Positions 25,073-38,739 of a DNA stretch of 64,000 bases are shown here, piece after piece; position 1 is the first letter of the stretch; each line of letters begins with the position of its first letter. The position numbers and the translations under genes are program-made. The stretch covers positions 70,990,001 to 71,054,000 of the forward strand of contig NC_043004.1 in assembly GCF_006345805.1 (NCBI RefSeq), read 5' to 3'. Under the pieces are notes generated by a model. That model saw nothing but the letters and a program-made list of their open reading frames with translations, was not told the origin of the DNA and did not search any database. This stretch comes from Octopus sinensis (taxonomy: Eukaryota).

Positions 25073-26230
25073 CATCATCATCAACATTTAACATCTGTTG
25101 TCCATGCTAGCATGGGTTGGAGGGTTTGACCAGAGCTGGAGAGCTGTACCAGTGTCCAGTCTGCTTTGGCATGGGTTCTACAGCTGGATGCCCTTCCCAA
25201 CAGCAACCACTTTACAGAGTGTGTTGGCTGCTTTTATGTGGCACTGTACGGTCACTTTTCTGTGGTGCTGCATGGGCACTTTCACGTGACACCACATGGG
25301 CACTTTTACATGACACCACATGGGCACTTTTATGTGATGCTGCATGGGCACTTTCACATGACACCACATGGGCACTTTTACATGACACCACATGGGCACT
25401 TTTACATGATACCACATGGGCACTTTTATGTGATGCTGCATGGGCACTTTCACGTGACACCACATGGGCACTTTTACATGATACCACATGGGCACTTTTA
25501 TGTGATGCTGCATGGGCACTTTCACGTGACACCACATGGGCACTTTTACATGATACCACATGGGCACTTTTATGTGATGCTGCATGGGCACTTTCACGTG
25601 ACACCACATGGGCACTTTTACATGATACCACATGGGCACTTTTATGTGATGCTACATGGGCACTTTCACGTGGCACCACATGGGCACTTTTACATGATAC
25701 CACATGGGCACTTTTATGTGATGCTGCATGGGCACTTTCACGTGACACCACATGGGCACTTTTACATGATACCACATGGGCACTTTTATGTGATGCTGCA
25801 TGGGCACTTTCACGTGACACCACATGGGCACTTTCACATGACACCACATGGGCACTTTCACGTGACACCACATGGGCACTTTTACATGACACCACATGGG
25901 CACTTTTATGTGATGCTGCATGGGCACTTTCACGGGACACCACATGGGCACTTTCACGTGACACCACATGGTCACTTTTACATGACACCACATGGGCACT
26001 TTTACATGATACCACATGGGCACTTTTATGTGATGCTGCATGGGCACTTTCACGTGACACCACATGGGCACTTTTACATGACACCACATGGGCACTTTTA
26101 CATGACACCACATGGGCACTTTTACATGATACCACATGGTCACTTTTATGTGATGCTGCATGGGCACTTTCACGTGACACCACATGGGCACTTTTACATG
26201 ACACCACATGGGCACTTTTATGTGATGCTG
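25073..26230 (-). mobile_element. RTE-type 3' tail with expanded subrepeat
   Basis: (CAT)n-TTTAACATC...TTCTACAGCTGGATGCCCTTCC leads directly into the 24-bp array. Confidence 0.75.
25271..26230 (+). repeat. 24-bp minisatellite x40 with 72-bp higher-order period
   Basis: 960 bp = 40 x CATGGGCACTTT(T/C)A...; variants ...CACGTGACACCA, ...TACATGA(T/C)ACCA, ...TATGTGATGCTG. Confidence 0.95.
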
Positions 26231-27030
26231 CATTGGGCGTCTTAAGTGGCACTTCCGTGAGTGCTTTAGTGACCGGTCTTAACACTTCTGTTGCAGAGCA
26301 TACGTCTTCTTATATTCAGATATAAATGAAAAGCAACTCAAGGGATATAAACGATATTGAACACATATACACCAGGTGTGTGTTTTGCTAGTTCATGGGT
26401 AGGTTGTGCTTATAGGTGTAAGAAAATACAGTCTCATCAATTTGCCTGGTGTTAAAAAACCTGGAAGTCATAGACAAGTGAGATGAATCGCATCAGGTCT
26501 CATTCAGGAGCAATAGACATTGATGTTTCATCATTTTTGTGGCTTGTCAATACCATGTACCTGAAACAAGGCCAGATGTAAACTAAATTTAGATGTATGT
26601 ATGAGTGTATGAGTCCATATATGCGTGTGTGTGTGTGTGTGGGTGCGTGTAGGAGGCCTGTCCATTGAGATTTTAAAGGCCCTACATTTCTGCTAAGAAA
26701 CTGTTATGTTTTGACAAAGCACTGTGTTTGTTAAACCCAAGGTGTCCTTTTGTAAGAGGGTGGCATTGTGATTTGAGGAAGACTTGATTTGCTGTTTCTA
26801 GCAGATGGATTTACTATATAGGGCTTCCCCCATTGGTTCATTGTGATTCCACACGATTCTCTGATACCTATTTGCATCATATTACATCACACGACAAAAA
26901 TTGTAGAAAAAGTTACACAAAAATAGTAAAATATATACAAATAAACACCCAAAAAAGCAAAATATATTTATAAGGAAACAACAACAATAACAACAGCAAA
27001 GAGGGAGGAAACACTGGCCTTTAATGACCT

Positions 27031-27074
<44 letters not shown>

Positions 27075-28169
27075 GCACTTTGATGATGTCATAATGAAAG
27101 ATGATAAATTGATTGAGGAATTTTGAATGACTGACGAGTAATGAGATATGATATGGCAGTGTTTGTTTGTATCGTTTTCATCACTAATCATCGCTGTCAT
27201 CACTGTCCATCATTGTCATCACCAACTGTCACTTATGATGACCAATCACCTCTGTCGTCACCAATCATCATTGTCATCATCACTCATCACCAACCACTTC
27301 AGTCATCATTAACCATCATTGTCATCAGCCATAATTGCCATTCGCAATCATCACCATATCTATCATTACCAACCATCATTATCATCACCAACCGTCTCTG
27401 TCACCACCAATTGTTATTGTTATCATTCATCATTCACTATCCCTTATGACCAATCAACTCTGTCATCACTATCATTATCATCAACAGTCATCATTATCAT
27501 TACCAATCATTGTCATCACCAGCCATCACTCATCATCAGTCATCTTTATCATCACCACCTATCACTGTCATCACCAACTGTATCTGTTATCATTAACCAT
27601 CTTTGTCATTGTCAATAACTATCTTCATTAATCACCACTGTCTTAACCATTATCATTGTCTTCACCAACTGTCACTTTCAAAGTATTTTTGTTGCCACCT
27701 GTCATCACCTATCATCATTGCAGTCACCTATCGTCATTAACCATCACCAGTCATTAACCACCTTGTGTCATCACTAACTGTTACTGTCATCATCAGGTAT
27801 TATTGTTATCACCAACTCTCTGTCTTCACTCACCTCTGTCATCACGAACCACTATTATTATTACCAGTCATTAAAATCATTAACCTTATTGTCATCACCA
27901 ACTGTTACTGTCATCATCAAGCATTATTATCAGCAACTCTGTCATCACCAACTGTCATTGTTATTACCAGCCTTCCTGCACAAATGTTTTGAGATAACAA
28001 AGGGATCAGCAAGTGACCCAGTAGTTGTTGTCTATCCCTTATTCAACCTTTGTCAAGCAGATCTTTGAAAGACATTCCATCCATGACCATCCCAACTTCA
28101 CATACTCTGGCATGACCTTTTTGTAAGAGGGTGCCCTTGTGATTTGAGGAAGATTTGGTTGCTGTTTCT

Positions 28170-28402
28170 TATTTCTTTATTGCCCACAAGGGGCTAAACA
28201 TAGAGGGGACAAACAAGGACAGACAAAGGGATTAAGCTGATTAGATCGACCCCAGTGCGTAACTGGTACTTAATTTATCGACCCCCCGAAAGGATGAAAG
28301 GCAAAGTCGACCTCAGCGGAATTTGAACTCAGAACGTAGTGGCAAACGAAAAACCGCCAAGCATTTCACCCGGCGTGCTAACGTTTCTGCCAGCTCGCCG
28401 CC
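28170..28402 (-). mobile_element. tRNA-derived SINE family 2, full length, with 15-bp TSD
   Basis: Head GGCGGCGAGCTGGCAGAAACGTTAGC, B-box GAGTTCAAATTCC; TTGGTTGCTGTTTCT at 28155-28169 and 28403-28417. Confidence 0.9.
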
Positions 28403-29563
28403 TTGGTTGCTGTTTCTAGCAGATGGATTGGTTCCATAGGGCTTCTCTCATTGGCTCATTGTGACACCACTGAAGATGGAAGATGAGTTGTGTGCATGCA
28501 TGTGCGCGCGTGTGTGTGTGTGTGTGTGTGTGGTAAGAAGTAATCAGACGTGGTCAGGTTCCAAGGCTGCCTGGTTTAGTCAAGTTGAATTATCTTGGAG
28601 CGGTCATTTGTTCACGTTACGCACCTTGCCCCTAGTCCTTCCTTTGTGTTATTTATTGCTTGAGCTATGAGACAAGACTGCAGTTGGTATCATCGACCCC
28701 ACCATCATCACCATCAACAACAAATGACTATACCACCACCACCACCACCACTACCACCACCACCACTACCATTTCCGCGAATACATTCTGATACATATAT
28801 GCATATATTCCACCCCTCACAGTAACATGTATGTGTGTGTGTGTGTATATATATAGTTATATGTATGTGTGTGTGTGTGTACATATGTATGTATATATAT
28901 ATATATACATATATGTATATATAGATATGTATATATATGTATGTATATTTGTATATATATATATATAGACACACACACACACATATATATACATATATGT
29001 ATGTATATATTATATATGTGTGTATATGTGTGTGTGAACATCCTGTAAACACCATCAATCTCTTCATCAGCCACAAATACTCAATTTTCCACCTCTTATA
29101 TACCCAAGTAAACTCCCTACCACCCACCCACCTGTGTAGGTAGTACAACCCACTACCCAACCCTAACACACACACACACACATGGTCATCCTCTGCTGTG
29201 TATTTCTGCATCCAAGCCTTATATGAAATGCATTCTTTACCAATATCTACCTTGTATAGACCTTAGCTTTCTCTACACTTTCTCTCTCTGTCTCTGTTCC
29301 TCTCTCTCTCTCTCATCCACACACACACAATCTTTTCTTTCATTTGCTCTCATTCGTTTTAAGTTTCTGTCACCTTTTCTCTCTCTCCCTGCCACATCAC
29401 TCTCTTCTCCGGCTTCTGTCTGTCTGTCTGTCTCTTTATATATAACACATAAAGTACCAGTTTCGCACTGGGGTCAATGTAATCGACTTAATCCTTTTGT
29501 CTGTCCTTGTTTGTCCCCTCTATGTTTAGCCCCTTGTGAGCAATAAAGAAATATATATATATA

Positions 29564-29595
<32 letters not shown>

Positions 29596-30339
29596 CACCT
29601 TTTTCCTTTCTATCTCTTATCTTCTAACTTATAGATTATCTCTCTCTCACCTTTGTATCCCTTTTTCATTTCTTCATCTCTCTTTCTCTCTCTCTCTCTC
29701 TCTCTGTCTTCATTTCACTTTTTCCTCTCCTCTCACCCACCTGGTTCTCCCTGGGTGATTGTAAATCTATTTCTGCCTCCATTCTGACCATTCTCTCTGC
29801 TGGACTGGCACCATTTCAAAAGACAGAGCTGGACCAAACACTGCATTCTGCTTCCTCCATTCTCCCCCTTTCCCTTTTCCACTTCCACTTCCTCTTCCTC
29901 ATTTCCTCCTCCTCCTCTCTCTTTCTCCATTCTCACCACATCCACCCCTCCTGCACTCTTCCCTTTCTCACCTCCATCCCTCACAATCTGACATTTCATA
30001 AGCAGCAGCAGCAGCCGCAGTAGCAGCAGCAGCAGTCCTGGCATGAAGCCCACAGCTTTGACTTTTACTATTTGACAAACATCAAAAGATGTTCAGCTTA
30101 TGTCTTCCCCAATATTTTCCCGTATTGCCTAATGTTTCTCCCATTTTCCTTGACTCAAATCTTGATGGAGAATGGAAGACAGGAAGATTGGAGGATTTTG
30201 GAGGTGGTGGTGGTGGGTGATAGGCAGAGGAAATCTTGGTTGAGAAGGAATTGTTAATCTGTTGCTGCAAGACAAAGTGGTTCTGTGGAGGGGTGAGGAG
30301 TAAGGAGAGATGGGGGCATTGCTTGAAGGGGGCTTAATC

Positions 30340-31210
30340 TCTTTATCTGTGTGTGTTTGAGTGTGTATGTGGATGTGCATGTGTGTGTGTGCGTGTATGA
30401 GAGTGAGTGTGTGTATGCGTGTGTGTGTGTGTGCATGTATATGTTTTTGTGTTTTTATGCATGTCAATGTGTTTGTTTGTGTGTTTGTGTATGTGGGTGC
30501 AGGCTGTGTGTGTGTGTGGGATTTTTGTGTGTGTGTGTGTCTGTGTAGTTATATGTCTCACTGTATGTGAGCGTATATATATGCGTGAATGAGCATATGT
30601 TTGTATATGTATGTATGTGTGTGTGTGTGTGTGTTGGCATATGTATGTGTGTGTGTGTGTGTAGGTATATGTCTCACTATGCATGTATTTGTGTGTATGT
30701 ATGTGTGAGAGAGTATATGTTGGTGTGTGTTTTTGTATGGGAGTGTGTGTGTGTGTGTCGGTTTAGTGTGACTATATCTTTGTGCATGGATGTGTGTGTG
30801 TGTGTGTATTGCATGTTTTTTATATCATTGTTTGTGTATTTTTGTGTGTGGATATATGTACGTGTGATTTTTTTTGGCAGTGTGTGTATGTGTGTGTATG
30901 TGAATGTGTGCAGATATGCATGTATGTTTGAATGTTAGTGTGCATGAGTCTGTGTACATGTATATTGTGTTTGCTTTTTATGTTGCTGTGTGTATGTCTT
31001 TTGTGTGTGAGTTTGTGGGTATGGGTTTTCTATGTGTGTGTATGTATGTCTTTCAGTGTGTGTACATTGTGTTGTACGTGCTTGTATAGCAGTGTGTGTA
31101 TGTGTGATATTTGCATTCATAATTTGTTGGTGTGTGATGTGTGTAAATATGTGTTTTGAATATATGTGAATATATATATGAATATTTGTGTGTACACACA
31201 CACACACCAT
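30340..31210. repeat. Degenerate (TG)n field
   Basis: Direct reading. Confidence 0.9.
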
Positions 31211-31224
31211 CATGATCATCATGA

Positions 31225-31860
31225 TGATGATGATCATCATCATCTGCTTTCCATACTGGCACAAGTTTGACAGTTTGACTGGAACTGGTAAGCCAGAGAG
31301 CTGTACAAGGTTCCAGTCTGATTTAGGCATGGTTTCTTTGTCTGGATGCCCTTCCTAATGCCAACCACTCCAAGAGTGTAACGGGTGCTTTTCACACGCC
31401 ACTGGTATGGAAGCCAGTTACATGACACCAGCATTGGCCACAACTCCGATTTCACTTAGCTTGACGAGTCTTCTCAAGAACAGCATATCACCAAAGGTCT
31501 CCATCACTTGTCATTGCCGCTGTGAGACCCAATCTATGAACAACATGCTTCACCACCTTATCCCATGTCTTCCTGGGTCTACCTCTTCCACAAGTTCCCT
31601 CCACAGTTAGAAATCAGCACTTCTCTACACAGCTGTCCTTGTCCATATGCATCCATGGCCATACCAGTGCAGTCGTCTCTCTTGCACACCACATCTGATG
31701 CCTCTTGTGCCCAATTGTTCTCTGAAGATGCTTATGCTCTGTTGTACATGCACACTCACATGCACATCCATTGAAGCATAGCTTCATGTTTTTCAAGTCT
31801 ATGCATGTCCTCAGCAGTCTCAGCCCATGTTTCACTGCCATGTAGCATGGCTGTTCACAT
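31225..31860 (-). mobile_element. RTE-clade LINE: disrupted ORF2 C-terminus plus 3' tail
   Basis: Frameshifted translation TAMLHGSETWAETAEDMHRLE...RRLHWYGH..MDKDSCVEKC..TVEGTCGRGRPRKTW, typical of RTE ORF2 ends. Confidence 0.85.
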
Positions 31861-33782
31861 GTATATATATGTAAATGTGTGCATGAGCTTATGTAAGTTT
31901 GGATGAATGTGGACGAAGGTGTTTGTACACATTCATGCATGTGTGTACAGGATTGTGCATGTGTGGTGTGTGTGTGTGTCTGTATATGTGTTTATAATGC
32001 ATGCATGTGTGTGTATATATGTATATGTCTGCCTGTTTGTCTTTCCGTCCAGTGTAGATATCTTGCGGCCTCAGATGTATAAGACCTGAGATATGATATG
32101 CTGTGATGTCCATGCATCATAGCCTTCCATCCATGGCCATCCAGTCAATTTGTACAGCTAAAACTACATTATTTAATGTAAACTTCTTTATGTAACACAA
32201 TAGAGTATAAAGAGAGTAAGATATAGTTGCTATTTCTCACATATCAAGTGACTATACAGTGGTTCCAGGTTCTCTCAGCCTTGTATTCCATAAATGTTAG
32301 TCATTGGAGGAGTGAATTCATTGATCCTGAGCAGGGATTGAACCTGGCAACCAGTTTGCATTGTTCTTACCATCATACCACTGTGCCTGTCAAATTTCCT
32401 TTTCTATCTGTCTGTCTCTCACCCTAACTCTCTCCACCTCTTCTTTCTCTTTTCCTTTCATTCTCCCTCCCCTGAATATGACAACACTTCACTGTTAGTG
32501 AAGGACCATGAGCACTTTTCTTATTTTATCATTGCACCCACACTGGTGAGGTTGTCTTGTACCCAGCTAAACTAAAGAGTCTTCTCTATGTTGCCTCCAA
32601 TTTCTTCTTCCACTGCTGTCACAGATTCCCATGATTCCCTGTCGCCATCCGATTCCATTATTATGAATTTGAATTTGGAGCTTGAGTTACAGTGAATCTT
32701 TCATTACTTGATTACACAACCATGGAGGCCACCCCTATGGGTGCATTGTAGTTGCTCTTTTGTTAGAGGTTGGTGATCCTGACCGTTGATCTTCTAGGAT
32801 TCTCTCGCTCAGCATCAATGTAAGAAGCACCATTGGCTCAGTTGGGCTCTTCCATTACTTCTTCACATTCCACCATGCAGCAGTTCCATGACTTCACCAT
32901 ATCTCTGACAGGGTGGCTGAATGAGTGCTATGCCTTGTCAAAGGGCAGGGTCATCACTTGCCGGGTATGGTCGTCACTCCATGAGGTATTTTCAAAATAT
33001 CCACATACCCATGTCTCAAATAATGATTCATCAATCACTACTCAGCACTAGAGGGCCCTTCTACAGCCTTTGAGGGGATAAAGAAGAAGGGGCTTTGCCA
33101 AAGACACAAGGTGCCAGGTGGCAGTGTTAACCAGGAGGTGGATTAAGTCTACCTTGCTACCTCATGATGGTCATGGAAGGATTTGAGCAATGAATGTAAA
33201 AATCTGGAGCAAATGCTGCAAGGGACCTAGCTTGATATTCTTAAAATTTTGTCAATCTGTCAATCCAGTGTCACTTAAAAAGCACCTGTGCCCATGCTGC
33301 GTTAACACACCCATGCCAGTGCTGTGTAAACACACCCAAGACACTCTGTTAAGTGGTTGTTGGCATTAGGAAGGACTACTGCTGTAAAAGCCATGCCTCA
33401 ACAGACAGCTGGCGTCTGTACAGCTCCCTACTAGCCAGCTCCATGTCAAACCATCCAACCCAAATCAGCATAGAAAGCAAACATTAAATGTTAGTGAGGA
33501 ACCACGAGCATTTTTCTTATTTTATCATTGCACCCACACTGGTGAGGTTGTCTTGTACCCAGCAAAACTAAAGAGTCCTCTCTATATTGTTTCCAATTTC
33601 TTTTTCCACTGCTGTCACAGATTCCCATGACTCTGTCGCCATCCAGAGTCATGACAGCATGAAAAGCGAACATTAAATGTTAGTGAGGGACGATGACGAC
33701 GACGACGACGACGAGGACGGCGGCGGCGGCGGCGGCGACCATCACCATCATCATCATCATCATCATCATCACCACCACCACC

Positions 33783-33832
<50 letters not shown>

Positions 33833-35207
33833 GAATCTAGATTGGTACCTCTTTATTGAGCCTGAAAGTATGAAAAGCAAAGTTGATCTTGGCACAGTTT
33901 GAACCCGGAATGCTGTGGCACCCTCCAATCCGCTGCTCTTGGCTCATATGTTGTTTTATCGACTCTGAAAGAACGAAAGGTTAAGTTGACCTCAGTGGGT
34001 TTTGAACTTAAAGCCCCAAGTGTCAGAACGAAAACCCACAAGGCATTTTATCTGTGTATGCTTGTGTATGTGTTTATCAGTATGTGAATGCATACGTTAG
34101 TGTGTATGAGAGGTCACGGCTGTGAGCGTGCATATGTGTGTCTATGAATGTATCAGTGTGTATGAGAGGTCACGGCTGTGAGCGTGCATATGTGTGTCTA
34201 TGAATGTATCAGTGTGTATGTATGTGCATTTGAGTGAGTCAATGTATGTGTGGAAGAGTAAGAGAGAGAAAGAGAGATGAGTCTGCATGTGTGTGTGTGT
34301 GTGTATTTGTCTGTGCCTGTATGTCCTTGTAAGTATGTATACTGTCAGTATGTGTGTGTGTTTGACAGAAGAACCATGTACCTCGTAATGTGTGTGGGTG
34401 TATCTATATATAAGTGAATTTCTTTTGACTTGTCCCTTAGAAATTCCTCCACCTCCCATCTTTATTTTCAAAAATTTCCAGGAAAAATAAAAAAAAACAA
34501 AACAATAAAAAGCAATAAAAAGTTAATGTTTCTTTTTGTTGTTTCATTGAAAATTAAGAAGCAAAACAAAACAGCGGTACCTCAAACAAAAATCCCACCC
34601 ATATAAGGGTTAAGTGTTACTGTCATCAATCATTAGTCATGTGTGATGTTTGACAAGGTTTCTGTTTAAAGGAGGTGATGGGTAGGTGGGATGGGGTGAG
34701 AGCGAATGTAGCAGGATAGGGTGGGGGCAGGGGTGAGTGGACAATGTAGGGAAAAAGAGAAAGAGAGAGAGAGAGAGAGAGGTGATATTTATGTATAAAG
34801 TTGTAACCGATCAATAAGTTCTGTAGGTCCTTTTTGTGTAGATAGATGAGGGCCTGCCTCTGAACATCCTTCATCCTTTTGATACCAACCTGTCTGGGAC
34901 TGCCCCTGGTTCTCTGACATAGCCTCAAGCATTTTAAAATAATCTTCCATCAAAATTTGATGTTAATTTGGTTGAGACACCAACTTAATAACGACAAAGT
35001 TATTTTACTAAAATCTTCATTATTATATTGGCTGTGTGGTAAGGAGCTTGCTTACGAACTACATGGTTCCAGGTTCAGTCCCACTGTGTGGCACTTTGGG
35101 CAAGTGTCTTCTACTATAAGCCTCAGGCCGACCAAAGCCTTGTGAGCAGATTCGGTAGACGGAAACTGAAAGAAGCCCATCATATGAATATATATATATA
35201 TATATAT

Positions 35208-35590
35208 GTCATGGTACTCTATCAGTTGTGACGATGAGGGTTCCTGTTAATCTGATCAATGGAACAGCCTGCTCATGAAATTAACGTGCAAGTGGCTGAG
35301 TACTTCACAGACACTTGTACGCTTAACGTAGTTCTCGGGGGGATTCAGCATGATACAGAGTGTGATGAGGTCGGTCCTTTGAAATACAGGTACAACAGAA
35401 ACAGGAAAAAAGAGTGAAAGAAAATTGTGGTGAAAGAGTACAGCAGGGTATGCTACCAACCCCTGCTGGAGCCATGTGGAGCTTTAGGTGTTTTCGCTCA
35501 ATAAACACTCACAACACCCCGTCTGGGAATCAAAACCCCAATCCTACAACTGCAAGTCCACTGCCCTAACCACTGGGCCATTGCACCTCC
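35208..35590 (-). mobile_element. SINE family 3, full length
   Basis: Head GGAGGTGCAATGGCCCAGTGGTTAGGGCAG on the minus strand. Confidence 0.85.
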
Positions 35591-35610
35591 ACATATATAT
35601 GTATATATAT

Positions 35611-35643
<33 letters not shown>

Positions 35644-35895
35644 TCATATATGTGTGTGTTTGTGTCTTCACCATTGCTTGACAGCTGATGTTGGTTTGTT
35701 TATGTCCCATAGCTTACCACTTGGCAAAAGAGACCAATAGAATAAGTACTAGGCTTACATAGAATAAATCCTGGGGGTTGATTTCTTCAACTTGGTATTT
35801 TATTTGGTATAATAATGATTTTGTCAGCTTGCAATAACGATAATAATAATAATAACGCCGTCGTTGTCGGCGACGACGATAATGATAATAATAAT

Positions 35896-36260
35896 AACAA
35901 GAACACTCAGAGAGTGCAAGCCTCCGCCAAGGCAACACCAACGTCCTCTTAACGATTAGCCAGAGATGATTTTTAAAACAAGAATATCTGAAATAAACTT
36001 GACTGCTCTCACAAACGAGAATACTAAAAATGAACCTGACCGCTCTCAAAGATTAAGTAAAAAAACTGGAAAAATAATCCAGAATCCTTGTTCAGTACTG
36101 GATTGATCCCCAATTCTAATCAGCTCATGCCAGTCACGAGGCCGAACATCCCTGAAAATTTCATCCGAATCCATCCAGCAGTTCTTGAGATATCTTGTCC
36201 ACGGACAAACAAACAAACAAACACGACTGAAAACAATACCTCCACCTAAGACGGAGATAA
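35896..36260 (-). mobile_element. Complete HINE/DINE-1-like (Helentron-type) non-autonomous element
   Basis: Minus strand starts TTATCTCCGTCTTAGGTGGAGGTATTGTTTTC, then (TTTG)n, subterminal CCTTGGCGGAGG, 3' hairpin CACTC-TCT-GAGTG, ends TTGTT; both flanks T-rich. Confidence 0.7.
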
Positions 36261-36309
36261 TAATAATAATAATAATGATGACGACGACGACAATAATACC
36301 AAAAATGGA

Positions 36310-36738
36310 CTTGAAAGTGCTCATGAATTCCAATGAAGAACAGCCAATGAGAGAAAAGAAATCCTACTTTGCATGAAATTACATGGTCAGTTCCATCATG
36401 AAACTAACACTTTAAAAGACCAGGAAGCACTGTAGAGGTGACCTAAAAAAGAATACTGAAAGCCCAATCATTGCTGCCCAGGATCAGGCATTGAATACCA
36501 ACTCAGTGAAAAGAGATATATACCGCACAAGTGCAATGAATCTCTGCTGAATGTGTGGGAAAAGTATGATTCACTTTGTTAGTGCTTGTGAAAGTCTTAC
36601 GCGGACAGAGTACAAGCATAGACACAACAAGGTAGCCCAAAATCTTCCCTGGCTACTATGCCGGAAGTATAGATATGAGGTAATGGGTACTTGGTGCCAA
36701 CATACACTGGAAAACGATCGTGCTCGGATGGTGCTCTT
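36310..36738 (+). mobile_element. R4/Dong-clade (RLE) non-LTR retrotransposon fragment, pseudogenised
   Basis: KLHGQF...GDLKKNTESPIIAAQDQALNTN...C*MCGKS..HFVSACESL..TEYKHRHNKVA..L.W.LC.KY: CCHC zinc knuckle and RHN motif; has stops and a frameshift. Confidence 0.8.
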
Positions 36739-36744
36739 GGCACC

Positions 36745-37165
36745 CTATATACTCTTTACTCTCTTTACTCTATTACTTGTTTCAGTCATTTGACTGCGGC
36801 CATGCTGGAGCACCACCTCTAGTCGAGCAAATCGACCCCAGGACTTATTCTTTGTAAGCCCAGTACTTATTCTATCGGTCCCTTTTTGCCGAACCACTAA
36901 GTGACGGGGACGTAAACACACCAGCATCGGTTGTCAAGCGATGGTGGGGGGGGACAAACACAGACACACGAACATATACACACACATAGATATATATATA
37001 CATATATATGACAGGCTTCTTTCAGTTTCCGTCTACAAAATCCACTCACAAGGCATTGGTCGGCCCTAGGCTATAGCAGAAGACACTTACCCAAGATGCC
37101 ACGCAGTGGGACTGAACCTGCAACCATGTGGTTGGTTAGCAAGCTACTTACCACACAGCCACTCA
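36745..37165 (-). mobile_element. SINE family 1, full length, truncating the R4 fragment
   Basis: Reverse complement match to 568-965. Confidence 0.9.
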
Positions 37166-37384
37166 TATATATCATCAGTGTATCATATATTTGAGAAAGA
37201 ATCACACTCTAAAGCATAGAACAGTAATGTATTTATATGCAGTTCAGTATATGTTTGGTCATAGAGTGACCAATGGTTTCACATCCATAAAGCGCTTAGC
37301 TCTATGGACTTAGCTAAGCATTTTATATGGAAAGAAGAGAAAAGGTTAATAAATATGGAGACCTGAGAACTGAGTTCACTAAGA

Positions 37385-37925
37385 TGTGGCAGTTATGAGA
37401 GCTGGACATAAAGACCTGTTGGGGCAAGTGAAATCGAAATTGAAATCAAATTCGATGACTGGCATCCGTGCCAGTGGAGCGCTAAGAGCACCATCCAAGC
37501 ATGATTGTTGCCAGAGCAGCTGACTGGCTTCCGTGTCGGTGGCACATAAAAAGCACCATTCAAGCGTGATTGTCACCAGTGTCGCCTTACTGGCACTTGT
37601 GCCAGTGGCACGTGACAAAACGTTCGAGCGAGGTCGTTGCCAGTGCTGCTGGACTGGCTCCTTTGCCAGTGGCTCATAAAAAAAACACCATTTGAGCGTG
37701 GCCATTGCCACTATTGCGTGACTGGCCCTCGTGCCAGTGGCATGTAAAAGCACCCACTACACTCAAAGTGGATGGCGTTAGGAAGGACATCCAGCTGTAG
37801 AAACTCTGCCAGATCAGATTGGAGCCTGGTGCAGCCATCTGGTTCGCCAGTCCTCAGTCAAATTGTCCAACCCATGCTAGCATGGAAAGCGGACGTTAAA
37901 CGATGATGATGATGATGATGATGAG
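37385..37925 (+). mobile_element. RTE-type 3' tail with ~5 internal subrepeats
   Basis: TGCCAGTGGCAC...AAAAGCACC repeats, ends GGACGTTAAAC(GAT)n. Confidence 0.8.
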
Positions 37926-38739
37926 GATTAACACAAATATACGGTAATCCGTTGCCATATTGCGGTTCACCTGTTGTAGTTTAATTATTTAAGCTTATGT
38001 CTATTCCTCTGTTGCTTTGCATTTATAAACATAACCTCCTTCCTTGGCAGAGGTAAGGAAATATAGACAAATTATAAAAGGGATTTTTAAAAATATACAG
38101 TACAGTACTGTTTCTAGTTCGTGGATTTTCACCTATTGTGTGTGTGTATGTGGGGTGGGGGTGGGGGGTAGTCGAGGGATTATCATGTAATTTGTGTATT
38201 TTGACACAAACGTGCCCACACATACATGTACCTGCACACATTCACACTAAAGTACACACACACACACTAAGACACACACACATACACATACAACTACATA
38301 TTCATGCACACCTGCACACTGACTTTGATAAACTTTCATATTTGCACGGATTGCCTTGTAAAAACATGCTATGTAAAAACAAAAGCAAAACAATAAAACC
38401 GTGATTACATTAGTAATTATGGAGTTCAATTAATGTGACAGTGATTGAGTTTTAAACAGTTTCTGTAAGGCAAAGGCTCCATTTTAAAGTCATTAACTAA
38501 TGAAGCAGGAAGTGTAACGTCAAATGTTAGGTGTTGTAAAAGCGTCACACTTTTCCATATTCTATACATGCTCTCTACACTTTCATAGGATGCCAGTAAA
38601 GGAGTGTCAGAAATGGTAGCCAAATTTCCTTAATTCTTTAGCATTCAGATTTCTTTGTCAAATGTAATGCTGTTTTGAATTAATCACAGATTGTCTTGTA
38701 ACTTCAAGATTTCATTAGTGTGGCCTCAGTCCACTTATG

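Noticed and set aside
8304-26230. Regular arrays (15-bp, 24-bp, 72-bp) as CRISPR-like
   Set aside because: Head-to-tail tandem units without unique spacers, eukaryotic context, no cas genes
25117-26325. 350-400 aa ORFs as genes
   Set aside because: They arise because the 24-bp unit lacks stops; no unique coding sequence or splice context
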